NCBI GenBank assembly: GCA_037447605.1
Contig: CM074811.1
Coordinates: 1,612,001 to 1,676,000 of the forward strand
Length of the DNA stretch: 64,000 nt
From: Zygnema circumcarinatum SAG 698-1b
Lineage: Eukaryota > Plantae > Zygnematophyceae
Reading direction: 5' to 3'
This document shows positions 13,301 to 25,326 of the stretch, one piece after another. Position 1 is the first letter of the stretch; each line of letters opens with the position of its first letter. A program made the translations under genes and the position numbers. The notes under the pieces are model-generated. The model was not told the origin of the DNA. It saw nothing but the letters and a program-made list of their open reading frames with translations, and made no database searches.

Positions 13301-13665
13301 TTCAAGATTCCCGAAACTCCCCCCCTCACTTTGTGCAGCCTCATATGCCTCCCTCTCGCTCCTCTCCTATGCCATCCATGCCTCCTCATGCGCCAGCAAC
13401 GGAACATGGGCATCTGAGCGTTCCCGTGGGACTGATCCCTACTGCAGTTCTGTTGTCATCGGCGGCTGCTGAACGGGGTACGGCGAGTGATTTGTCCGTG
13501 GAACCAAGCGCACCCCCAAGGCAAAGCTTGGGGGGTGCTTTTACCAGCCCTGTGGGAGGTGGCAGTAGTGGAGCGGCGGGGGAGGCTGCGAAGCAAGCAT
13601 CGCCCGACCTTGGGGATGAGGGCTGGGCGGACGAAGTGATCGTTTTCAGGGGGAGATCGGGCTAG
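10394..13665 (+). CDS. Uncharacterised coiled-coil plus Pro/His/Gln-rich protein (~950 aa), exons 10394-10612 + 11032-13665
   Basis: The 879-codon ORF begins at a GTGCAG acceptor. The upstream ATG exon ends at a phase-0 donor (GAGCAG|GTGCGT), giving an in-frame join. Heptad-rich region with an internal duplication (EAKSEIAKLQHELFEAKF / DAKTEIGRLQHELFEAKF), low-complexity Pro-rich C-half and C-terminus GDEGWADEVIVFRGRSG. Confidence 0.75.
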
Positions 13666-14212
13666 AAGGTGCAAGAGAGCAGCTTGTGGTTACGATGAGA
13701 TATTTTGAGGGGCAGGCCTTTTTGACTGAGGTCTTGTTTGCCCGAGGTGCAGAAGTCATACTTTTGTATATTGCGGTTTGAAGGTTTTGTGACCTGTCTT
13801 GGCACTGAAACTCAAATTAAACATTGAAACGACTGCGCAGTGGGAGAGAGACGATTGTGCAAATCTTCTCCTCGTTTCCATGTGAAAGGTGCGATCGGCC
13901 CCGTGCAGCTGTATTTAAAAGGACAATTTTTGTCGTGATTTGTTGCCAAGCAGACGGGAGAAACCTACAGCACAAATACTGCTTGTCAGGACGGCTGTTC
14001 GCATCTAAAAAGGCCCCAATCTCTGCATTTTGAGTTTTCAGTGTCCACACATTTGATGTCTTCAAGAATACAAGTTCGTTACAAACGAGAACGTGTCCAA
14101 CTCCTTTTTGCGCACTCTTTCAACAGTGAAACAACTAATGAAATGAAAGAAAAAGATAGCAACTAATTGGCTTAATAGGCTAACTAGGTTATTCTGCCGA
14201 TTTTCATCGAAT

Positions 14213-14410
14213 GATCATCGGTGACCTTCGCGGCTGCTTCGAAGGAGGGCTTAAAGCGTTGGTGAGCATAGGCGTAGAATTTAGCTCCAAGCTTTTTTCT
14301 TTTGACCTAAAGTCATTTGCGACCAGTTCCTCGTGGTTCCCCATGCTGATGTTGTCCATGTATACATCTGATGGCATCGCCATCGTGAGATGAAACGCTA
14401 CTTCTTTCGT
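14213..14410 (+). mobile_element. 198-bp 5'-truncated 3' tail of a CRE-like non-LTR element with a 15-bp TSD
   Basis: Flanked by CGATTTTCATCGAAT (14198-14212, 14411-14425). It shares GACCTTCGCGGCTGCTTC and CCATG..CATCTGATGGC..GCCATCGTGAG with the reverse complement of the CRE 3' end at 17958-18140. Confidence 0.7.
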
Positions 14411-14444
14411 CGATTTTCATCGAATTGAGTTAACAACGATATCT

Positions 14445-14594
14445 ATCGAACGAATCGATACCAATATTTATCGAGCGAATCGATACCAATATTTATCGAG
14501 CGAATCGATGCCAATATTTATCGAACGAATCGATACCAATATTTATCGAACGAATCGATACCAATATTTATCGAACGAATCGATACCAATATTT
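14445..14594. repeat. 25-bp minisatellite ATCGAACGAATCGATACCAATATTT x6 (x4 at 17788-17887, x6 at 29406-29555, partial at 38711-38752)
   Basis: Direct inspection; period 25, no spacers. Confidence 0.95.
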
Positions 14595-14664
14595 ATCGTA
14601 TCAATATGAAATAGGTATTTTTTCGTATCAAGTAAATACCGATATGTACCGTGTCACTTTCAGG

Positions 14665-15975
14665 AAAATGATGTTTGATTGAACTCACGATGGCAAGGCC
14701 ATCAAATGTACATGGAGAAAATCAACATAAGGAACCAAAAGAAGCGGTCACAACGGACATAAGGACCAAGAGAAAGCCTTGAAACGGAAATCAACTTCTA
14801 GACGCAACAACACGGCACTAAGCAGCCGCCGGCGGTCGCCAATGGGGCGCAGCATGCTGGAAGCGGGCGAAGACCACCGATTCGTCCCAACAGTTCAGGA
14901 AGCAAGACACCGTGAAGGCGACGGAAATGCGCTGTTTTATAAAAGTTGTAAGGATCGCCGAGGGCTTCCGCCGCATCTCGGCGAGCGATGGGCGACCGGG
15001 CGGCGAAGACTTCCAACCGGCATCAAGGCGTTCTCAAAATTCTCGACCGCTAATGGAACAAATCATCGTCGGTACGCCGTGAGCATATGCCGCTTCCTTA
15101 CGGTTGGGCTGCTTCATAAGGCAAATGACGCCTCGCGGCGTGGCGTACGCGATAACAAAGCACGGGCGAAGTCGGATCACCCAATAACACGCCCCAAAAA
15201 TACCGCCGCCGCCCAAAAGAGCAAGGTCAGGCCGCACATTGCGCTCGCCCGCTGAAGTCGGCCGAGGTGGTATAACATGGGTCGGCTCGCGCTGCACAAG
15301 GTAACCCGCCTCCTGAGCCACGGCGGCAATAGCATCACGGACAACATTGTGGGCCAAAATGCGCTCGCCACCGCGTACACACCGAAGAAGATGCACACCC
15401 TGCGCATCAATCGAACGACCACAACCACAACGGGGAGAACCCTGCAAAGGGGGGTGGGGGAGCCCAAGACGAAGACGCGCAGCAAGCTGAAACTGGCTCG
15501 GAGAGAGTCGAAGGGTGGAAAAAATCGGGGTAGCAGCCAGCCACGCCCCTGCACCAGGACCAGCACAAGATCGCAATCGAGCACGCGCAACATCGGAAGG
15601 GAGAGCCGCAATAAGGGTAGAAAACTCAGCAGCAACAACCTCCTCTGTCACAATAGTCTGAACGCGCGAAACAGACTCAACAGCCTTGGAAACAAAAGGG
15701 GGAACACGGGCTTGGGCACTAGAAGGGAGCAAACCATGAGCAGCGCGCAAAGCAATCTGGAAGGGAAGATGACCATCATCAACATGAGCAACAACAGACT
15801 GGAGCAACGGACGATCATCCACAAGGAAACGTGAAGCTAGAACCGGAGCAACAAGCGCCCAACTACCCAAAAAGGCAGGGGATGCAATACGTGTAGTTGG
15901 GACAAGCCCCAAACCGCCTGCAGAAATAGGGAGCGAGGCTTGCAAACGAGCAAGCGGGCCTTCCGGCTGGTCAAA
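14665..15975 (-). mobile_element. 5'-truncated RLE-type (CRE-like) non-LTR retrotransposon, copy 1 (late RT, CCHC knuckle, restriction-like endonuclease, 3' UTR)
   Basis: LPISAGGLGL, LRSCAGPGAGAWL, RLRLGL, CGCGRSIDAQGVHLLRC, HNVVRD, RPDL; C-terminus RQRISVALQR seen in copy 2. Confidence 0.85.
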
Positions 15976-17957
15976 CCACCAGGAGGTAGTCAACCACCTA
16001 CCACCCAGGTGCCGATCAATGCAAGCCATGCTCCACGACTTGCTGAGGGTCATCAACATCCTCCAAACCACCATCATTTCACCCGCCAAGGCTTCATCGC
16101 CATCTAACTTCTTTGATTTAAAGAAATAGCCGCCTCGCTTTCACCTCCCAATACGCCTTGGTCATGGGCCACCAGGCCCTCCACCATACAAATGGGTCCG
16201 ATGGGGCCTATTCCCCGCTTGCAAGGCTCCATTGGGATGGCCCCGAGTGCCCCCTACCCCTCGCGACCTCACCTGCATCCTCGAGGAGGGGATGGCCTCC
16301 CTCCACCACCGGTGTGGCCGGCCCTCCCCTGAGCATGCTCGGCCCTTCAATCCCAAGGGCATTACAGCCTTTTAGCTTTCCGCCCCTCCTCCGCTCTATT
16401 TCATTGAGAGACGTGTCATCGCAAGCCTATGCTCCATCAGCCTCCCTCTTCCGTGGGCCATCCCGCAACCTCCTTTGGCGCCTCCTCGCCCCTAGAGCAT
16501 CTCATGCCCGGGCCTCCTCCCACCTATGGTCCTCCTTCGCAGCCTACTCACCACCCGCCAGGAGCGTGCCAGCCCAACCCTCCGCTTCCGCCCTATCCTC
16601 AACTCCGCAATAATGTGTCCTCGGCCACAAAGGGTCGTGAATTTCAAGATTCCCGAAACTCCCCCCCTCACTTTGTGCAGCCTCATATGCCTCCCTCTCG
16701 CTCCTCTCCTATGCCATCCATGCCTCCCTCAAGCGCGCCAAAGAACGGAACATGGGTATCCGAAATGCTCCCTGGACCGGATCCTCACTTCAGCTTCATA
16801 ATACTCAAGGCCGCCAACGGGCACGGGCGAAAGTGATTTGTCCGGTGGAAATTAAGCGCACCCCCAAGGCAAAGCTTGGGGGTGCTTTTACCAAAACTCG
16901 GGAGGCGGCGTAGTGAGCTGCTGAGGTCATGGGAGCAAGCATCGCCTCATCTTTGGGGATGAGGGCTGGGCGACGTAAGTGATCGCTTTCGTGGGGAGAT
17001 CGGGCTAGAAGGTGCAAGAGAGCAGCTTGTGGTTACGATGAGATATTTTGAGGGGCAGGCCTTTTTGACTGAGGTCTTGTTTGCCCGAGGTGCAGAAGTC
17101 ATACTTTTGTATATTGCGGTTTGAAGGTTTTGTGACCTGTCTTGGCACTGAAACTCAAATTAAACATTGAAACGACTGCGCAGTGGGAGAGAGACGATTG
17201 TGCAAATCTTCTCCTCGTTTCCATGTGAAAGGTGCGATCGGCCCCGTGCAGCTGTATTTAAAAGGACAATTTTTGTCGTGATTTGTTGCCAAGCAGACGG
17301 GAGAAACCTACAGCACAAATACTGCTTGTCAGGACGGCTGTTCGCATCTAAAAAGGCCCCAATCTCTGCATTTTGAGTTTTCAGTGTCCACACATTTGAT
17401 GTCTTCAAGAATACAAGTTCGTTACAAACGAGAACGTGTCCAACTCCTTTTTGCGCACTCTTTCAACAGTGAAACAACTAATGAAATGAAAGAAAAAGAT
17501 AGCAACTAATTGGCTTAATAGGCTAACTAGGTTATTCTGCCGATTTTCATCGAATGATCATCGGTGACCTTCGCGGCTGCTTCGAAGGAGGGCTTAAAGC
17601 GTTGGTGAGCATAGGCGTAGAATTTAGCTCCAAGCTTTTTTCTTTTGACCTAAAGTCATTTGCGACCAGTTCCTCGTGGTTCCCCATGCTGATGTTGTCC
17701 ATGTATACATCTGATGGCATCGCCATCGTGAGATGAAACGCTACTTCTTTCGTCGATTTTCATCGAATTGAGTTAACAACGATATCTATCGAACGAATCG
17801 ATACCAATATTTATCGAGCGAATCGATACCAATATTTATCGAACGAATCGATACCAATATTTATCGAACGAATCGATACCAATATTTATCGTATCAATAT
17901 GAAATAGGTATTTTTTCGTATCAAGTAAATACCGATATGTACCGTGTCACTTTCAGG

Positions 17958-19049
17958 AAAATGAGGTTTGATTGAACTCACGATGGCAAGGCCATCAAAT
18001 GTACATGGAGAAAATCGACATAAGGAACCAAAAGAAGCGGTCACAACGGACATAAGGACCAAGAGAAAGCCTTGAAACGGAAATCAACTTCTAGACGCAA
18101 CAACACGGCACTAGAAGCAGCCGCGAAGGTCGCCAATGTGGGGCGCAGTACGCGCGGGAAGGGGCGGAAGACCACCGGGACGGGTCCCAACAACTGCGGC
18201 ACGTCGAAGGATCGTGGAAGCAAGACACCGCTGTAAGGCGACGGAAATGCGTTGTCGATAAAAAGTTGTAAGGATCNNNNNNNNNNAAAAGAGCAAGGTC
18301 AGGCCGCACATTGCGCTCGCCCGTTGAAGTCGGCCGAGGTGGTATAACATGGGTCGGCTCGCGCTGCACAAGGTAACCCGCCTCCTGAGCCACGGCGGCA
18401 ATAGCATCACGGACAACATTGTGGGCCAAAATGCGCTCGCCACCGCGTACACACCGAAGAAGATGCACACCCTGCGCATCAATCGAACGACCACAACCAC
18501 AACGGGGAGAACCCTGCAAAGGGGGGTGGGGGAGCCCAAGACGAAGACGCGCAGCAAGCTGAAACTGGCTCGGAGAGAGTTGAAGGGTGGAAAAAATCGG
18601 GGTAGCAGCCAGCCACGCCCCTGCACCAGGACCAGCACAAGATCGCAATCGAGCACGCGCAACATCGGAAGGGAGAGCCGCAATAAGGGTAGAGAACTCA
18701 ACAGCAACAACCTCCTCTGTCACAACGGTCTGGATTCGCGAAACAGACTCAACAGTACTAGGGAAGCAAAAGGGGGAACACGGGCTTGGGCACTAGAAGG
18801 GAGCAAACCATGAGCAGCGCGCAAAGCAATCTGGAAGGGAAGATGACCATCATCAACATGAGCAACAACAGACTGGAGCAACGGACGATCATCCACAAGG
18901 AAACGTGAAGCTAGAACCGGAGCAACAAGCGCCCAACTACCCAAAAAGGCAGGGGATGCAATACGTGTAGTTGGGACAAGCCCCAAACCGCCTGCAGAAA
19001 TAGGGAGCGAGGCTTGCAAACGAGCAAGCGGGCCTTCCGGCTGGTCAAA
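17958..19049 (-). mobile_element. CRE-like element, copy 2 (contains a gap)
   Basis: Same 5' and 3' junctions as copy 1; ORF ends ...FYRQRISVALQRCLASTILRRAA...GDLRGCF* at 18111. Confidence 0.85.
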
Positions 19050-20368
19050 CCACCAGGAGGTAGTCAACCACCTACCACCCAGGTGCCGATCAATGCAAGC
19101 CATGCTCCACGACTTGCTGAGGGTCATCAACATCCTCCAAACCACCATCATCTCCACCCGCTTGCTCATCAGCACCAACTTTGGATGCAGCAGCAGCGCC
19201 CGTTTCAGTCCCAATATGCCCTTGGTCATGGGCCACCAGGCCCTCCACCATACGTCCGGGATGGGNNNNNNNNNNNNNNNNNNNNNNNNNNNNNNNNNNN
19301 NNNNNNNNNNNNNNNNNNNNNNNNNNNNNNNNNNNNNNNNNNNNNNNNNNNNNNNNNNNNNNNNNTTCGTGGCGGGAAGTCCGGAATTCCCATCACAACT
19401 CGCGGGTTTGGATGGCCTTTACCTCATACTCGAGGTCACCCTCAACTTCCACTGGAGGGGGAGGTGGTTGGACTCTCCCATCGCTGCGGTATGCCTTAAG
19501 AAGACCCACATGAAAGACCGGATGCACTTTCATATGAGCCGGTAAAGCCAACCGGTAAGCGACCTCACCGATTCGCTTCACGACCGAAAAAGGTCCCATG
19601 AAGCGAGGCCACAACTCTACTGTCTCAGAAGTCTTCTGAGCTAAGTTCGCCGCATTCCGCCAGCGCACTGACACGCCGGGTTGGGTTAATGCAACACGAC
19701 GACGCATCGCCATAGGCTGCCGCTACCTGGCTTGCACGTGGTCCGCTTTGCCCTTCCTCGTAACGCTTACATTTTCCGGAGTGAAAGCACCACCCGGAGT
19801 AGCGACCCTCGCCAGCCTTTCACCAAGGATCCTGAGCCCTGCGGAACATCCATGTTCCACGACGTGTCAGCCATCTCTTGGTCAGCAGGGATTAGAGAGC
19901 GCCGCACCTTCAAAGTTCAAAAAGAACGGAGTGGTACCGATTGATTCCTGGAATGCATTATTAATGGCGTACTCAGCCACCGGGAGCAGTTCATCCCATC
20001 CATCCGGGATGGGTCCCACATAATGCCTCAAATAGTCTTCCAGAATCCGGTTAACCCTCTCCGTCTGCCCATCTGTCTGAGGGTGGAAGGCTGTACTCAT
20101 AGCCTGCTTAGTCCCGATAATACGGAGGATTTCTTTCCAGAAATGCCCTGTGAATCGGGTATCACGATCCGAGATGATCTCAGATTGAAGTCCATGTTGA
20201 CTCCAGACCTTGTCAACGTAGAGTCGTGCGATTTCATCGGCTCCAGCTGTCTTAGCAGTGGGTGCAAAGTGCACCATCTTGCTGAGCCGGTCAACGAACA
20301 CGAGGATGGAGTCAAAACCCCTAGCTGTCACAGGTAAGTCTGTGATCAAGTCCATGCCNNNNNNNNNN

Positions 20369-23160
20369 CAAGATATGCCCAAGATATAACAACTCTCGTT
20401 GCATGAAGTTACACTTCTTTCGCTTGGCATAAAACGTGTGTTTTCGCAACACCTCGAACACTTTGCGTACATGCACAAGATGGTCAGCGTCCGTCTTGCT
20501 GAATACCAGGATATCATCCAGGTAGACCAAGACAAACTTATCCATGCCGACGAACATTTCGTTCATCACAGCTTGGAACGTAGCCGGAGCGTTGGTCAAT
20601 CCAAAAGGTAGCACCTTGTACTGGAAGTGACCAATCGGCGTCCGAAATGCCGTCTTAGGCACATCGGCATCCGTGACACGGATCTGATGGTACCCTTGGG
20701 CCAAATCGAGCGAGGTGAACACCCTCGCCCCTTGTAGACGATCTAGCAGATCATCTATCCGTGGTAAAGCAAACCTGTTCTTTACCGTGATTTTATTGAG
20801 TGCTCGATAATCGATGCACATTCGCAAAGACCCATCCTTTTTGCCTACAAAAAGGATAGGGGCGCCAAAGGGACTTTGGCTGGGTTCAATCCAGCCCTTA
20901 TCACGCAGATTAGCGAGTTGCTTGCGCATCTCTTCGGTCTCCTTTGGGCTAAGCCGATAGATAGGCCTCCAAGGAGGTTTCTGTTCTGGCTCAAGGGGAA
21001 TGGTATGACCCACCCCGCGTGCCGGAGGCAGACCTCTTGGCAGATCGTCTGGGAAAACATCCTCAAACGCTTTCAACAACGGTTGAAACAAAGCTGGAAC
21101 AGTTGGCATTGCCTCACCCGCAGTGGGTTGCCACTCTTGATCCTCGTCATGAGCATCTTCAGTTGCCGTCATGGCTTGCACCATAAATAAGATGCTATCC
21201 GTTTTTAGTGCCCTGCCGACTTGCATGGCTGAGCACAAAAACGACAAAGACGACTACGAAGAGGGCGGTCCCAAAGGACTGCCCGGTTGCAGCGTTATGC
21301 GTTTGCTCCCACTGCGGAGGACGCAATTAGGGACAACAAAATCCAACTGAGCCCCCATAAGAGTCAGCCATTTGCTCCCCAAGATAAAGTCTGTCCCTGG
21401 GGCCAAAATTGTCAACAAGCAGTTGACTACCCCAGAGTATGACTGAATCTTCAATTTCACGCTGACGCTGCCAGAAATCTGACCCGTGCGTCCATCCCCG
21501 AAAGTTACACTATCGGAATGAGGCTGGATTGCAAACCCTGCAGTCCTGACAAAGGCTGCGCTAACAAAGTTAGCGTCCGCGCCAGTGTCCAGCAAAACTG
21601 TTAGTGTAAAGTAGTTAAGGACTTGTTGTACACTAAGTTGTTGGTACTAAGTTCTAAGGAGGGGTGTGCTCATGTTGTCGACATTGTACGGAGGGGCGTC
21701 TAGGCGACCGTACAAGTCTTTAAGGGGTGTGCGTGTAGCGCGCAGAGTCTGATTTGGCANNNNNNNNNNCAAGATATGCCCAAGATATAACAACTCTCGT
21801 TGCATGAAGTTACACTTCTTTCGCTTGGCATAAAACGTGTGTTTTCGCAACACCTCGAACACTTTGCGTACATGCACAAGATGGTCAGCGTCCGTCTTGC
21901 TGAATACCAGGATATCATCCAGGTAGACCAAGACAAACTTATCCATGCCGACGAACATTTCGTTCATCACAGCTTGGAACGTAGCCGGAGCGTTGGTCAA
22001 TCCAAAAGGTAGCACCTTGTACTGGAAGTGACCAATCGGCGTCCGAAATGCCGTCTTAGGCACATCGGCATCCGTGACACGGATCTGATGGTACCCTTGG
22101 GCCAAATCGAGCGAGGTGAACACCCTCGCCCCTTGTAGACGATCTAGCAGATCATCTATCCGTGGTAAAGCAAACCTGTTCTTTACCGTGATTTTATTGA
22201 GTGCTCGATAATCGATGCACATTCGCAAAGACCCATCCTTTTTGCCTACAAAAAGGATAGGGGCGCCAAAGGGACTTTGGCTGGGTTCAATCCAGCCCTT
22301 ATCACGCAGATTAGCGAGTTGCTTGCGCATCTCTTCGGTCTCCTTTGGGCTAAGCCGATAGATAGGCCTCCAAGGAGGTTTCTGTTCTGGCTCAAGGGGA
22401 ATGGTATGACCCACCCCGCGTGCCGGAGGCAGACCTCTTGGCAGATCGTCTGGGAAAACATCCTCAAACGCTTTCAACAACGGTTGAAACAAAGCTGGAA
22501 CAGTTGGCATTGCCTCACCCGCAGTGGGTTGCCACTCTTGATCCTCGTCATGAGCATCTTCAGTTGCCGTCATGGCTTGCACCATAAATAAGATGCTATC
22601 CGTTTTTAGTGCCCTGCCGACTTGCATGGCTGAGCACAAAAACGACAAAGACGACTACGAAGAGGGCGGTCCCAAAGGACTGCCCGGTTGCAGCGTTATG
22701 CGTTTGCTCCCACTGCGGAGGACGCAATTAGGGACAACAAAATCCAACTGAGCCCCCATAAGAGTCAGCCATTTGCTCCCCAAGATAAAGTCTGTCCCTG
22801 GGGCCAAAATTGTCAACAAGCAGTTGACTACCCCAGAGTATGACTGAATCTTCAATTTCACGCTGACGCTGCCAGAAATCTGACCCGTGCGTCCATCCCC
22901 GAAAGTTACACTATCGGAATGAGGCTGGATTGCAAACCCTGCAGTCCTGACAAAGGCTGCGCTAACAAAGTTAGCGTCCGCGCCAGTGTCCAGCAAAACT
23001 GTTAGTGTAAAGTAGTTAAGGACTTGTTGTACACTAAGTTGTTGGTACTAAGTTCTAAGGAGGGGTGTGCTCATGTTGTCGACATTGTACGGAGGGGCGT
23101 CTAGGCGACCGTACAAGTCTTTAAGGGGTGTGCGTGTAGCGCGCAGAGTCTGATTTGGCA
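20369..23160. other. Probable assembly artefact: identical 1391-bp block on both sides of a 10-N gap (similar cases at 52563-56980 and 56837-61074)
   Basis: ORF offsets exactly 1401, 2214 and 2124 bp with identical translations. Confidence 0.8.
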
Positions 23161-25326
23161 NNNNNNNNNNGGAGGAGGGGTGATGGCAGGTATCCCAGAG
23201 ATGAACGCAAGAGGATTCACGAGACGAACTTGATGTTCTCGGATTGGGAACCTAATGATGAGTTTGTCGGATGTCTTAGAGTTAAAAATTCAGCTAAACC
23301 TTGGGTGATTGATTCCGGTGCTTCAAGGCACATGTGCGTGGACGACTCACTCTTTGCAGAGAAGGAGACTTTGGAGGGAACCCGCTCGGTCTACTCAGCA
23401 ACTGGAGATGGAGTCTCGGTGACGCACGGCGGAACAGACAAGTGGGAGGTGCTCGGGGAGGGAAGCACGCAGAGGGTTGTCCATGTTGGTAACGTACTGC
23501 ATACTCCCGGACTACAGATTAATTTCCTCTCTGTTAGTCAGCTGTGTGAGAAGGACTATGGAGTATGGTTTGAGAAGGGTAGTTGTGAGGTCATTCACAA
23601 GGAGGCGAGAGGTAGAGTCTTGTGCAGGAATCGGCAAAAGGTGGGCTTTACTTTCTAGAGTGGAAGGAGGCTCAAGGCCTGAGCTATCCCGCCAAGGACC
23701 CTGTGGAGGAACCCATTCACCATAAGATAGATCGAACCCGACTTGGAGGAGGAAAGGGGATGCTTCCGGCAGCAGGCCGGGGAGGGCTCAGGGGAGGCGA
23801 GGGGGATTATTTCGCCAGCGACATTTTGGAATGAAAGCGGAGGCTAAAGAGTTAAAAGACCCATCACTTAGAAAGAATTGGACATTAGTGGTGGTGAGAA
23901 TGTGTGCGAATTCAGGGGGATCACTTTCGAGTTAGTGAGCTCGAGGGGAGGCGGAAGCAGACTGTTGCATCAAACAAGGATGGAGTTGAAGTGGAGGGGT
24001 CCTTTCAACCCAGGGTAGTGGAGCAGCCCGAGTACAAGGTTGCAACTACGAAGGAATACCCGGTTGCTGGACCTATAAGGAGTTCAGCGGAAGCGCCCAG
24101 GATCAAATGTGGAAGGCGACCAAGTGAGGATCAAGAGGGGGATGAAGATTCTCTCCTAGGCCTTTGGATCAAGAGGGGGCAGCTTGTTAGGACAAGGGAG
24201 CATTCATTTGGTTGTGGGACACTAGAGAATAGTAGTGGTCTCATGGAACTAGGACCCATGGAGAACTAAGTACCAAGAGGGGGATTGTTAGTGTAAAGTA
24301 GTTAAGGACTTGTTGTACACTAAGTTGTTGGTACTAAGTTCTAAGGAGGGGTGTGCTCATGTTGTGGAAGCATTATGCGGAGGGCGTCTAGGCGACCATT
24401 ACAAGTCTTTAAGGGGTGTCGCGTGTGGCCTTGAGAGTCTGAGGCAAGGCAAGGCATCCGGGGAATGCCGGTCGCGGCCGTCGGTGGAAGTACGATTTGG
24501 AAGGCCAAGACCATGGGTGTCACGGACATTGGTGATTGGCTGGTAGCGGCGTGCTTGAGTCAGGTGTGGCGTGGCGCGGCAGCGACAAATCGAAAAGTGA
24601 CAAAGAAGCGAATCGGTAGCGGAGGCGAAGCGGCGAGGTGCAAGTGGTAATGATTCATTTGGAGGGGCAGTGGCGGTGGAAGCCATTGGCCAAGATTAAA
24701 TTGAAGGCTTTGTACGGCCTAGGTCGGTGGCACTTCGTGAGCTTCTGGGGGTCCCACATGACGCCAAGTAATGAGGAGTCGATCCTACGGTGGAGGACTC
24801 GGATGGAGATAAAGGGGCGGATGTCACGGCGGCATTGATGTCTTTGGATAGGTGCAAACTGAGGAGGGATCCGGCGGCCTTGAATTAGGATCGGGATAAG
24901 GGTCTTGCAAGGCGTAGCATGTGCGGCCGTGACGTGACAATGTCACTAATGGCGCCATATTGTATTTAAGGGTTAGATTGTTTGGTAGAAGTTAACCTTC
25001 TCGTGACTCACATTGGGAGTGAGGCTATCTTGCTTAGGGCCAAGGAGATAGTGGGAAGAGTTCAGCTTGTAGTGGGTGGTTTATTCACGTAGCTTGAGAA
25101 GAGGTGCTTGAAGCTTGGCTCTAGTGTTGTCAAGTTGTATTTCATCTTTATCTTAAGGAGTTTTAGGCTGGTGGCTTTCTCCTTACATTTTCATATTTCC
25201 GCCGAAGTTGTTCTCTTCTTGCATTTAGTGTGCTTTGTGTGATTGAGCACCATTGAAGATGTCGAGCTCCTACCTGTGGTAGAGGAGAAGTGGCAGCCCC
25301 ACCAAGGGAGGGCGCCGTGATCAACA
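23000..25326 (+). mobile_element. Non-autonomous Copia (Gag-end and protease only, no IN/RT/RH) nested in the gypsy protease
   Basis: LTR starts TGTTAGTGTAAAG at 23000 (also 21599) and 24286; PWVIDSGASRHMC; PPT AAGAGGGGGAT at 24275-24285; LTR end CAACA at 25326. Target AAAAC on the left and AAAC on the noisy right. The uninterrupted site is visible at ~34640-34670. Confidence 0.8.

Larger units (their letters stand above)
12646..14664 (+). repeat. Segmental unit A (3' third of gene 3 plus 3' flank); further copies at 15976-17957, 19050-(gap/gypsy)-29625 and 30957-(gypsy)-38819
   Basis: All copies start at CCACCAGGAGGTAGTCAACC and end at GTGTCACTTTCAGG. Confidence 0.9.

Noticed and set aside
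14445-14594. 25-bp palindromic direct repeats as a CRISPR array
   Set aside because: Units are head-to-tail with no spacers, there are no cas genes, and the context is eukaryotic.
15034-16089. Chimeric minus-strand ORFs (also 18720-19229) as a new gene fusing host sequence to the CRE endonuclease
   Set aside because: The N-terminus is just the stop-poor antisense of the Pro-rich gene, the start differs between copies, and the frame breaks.
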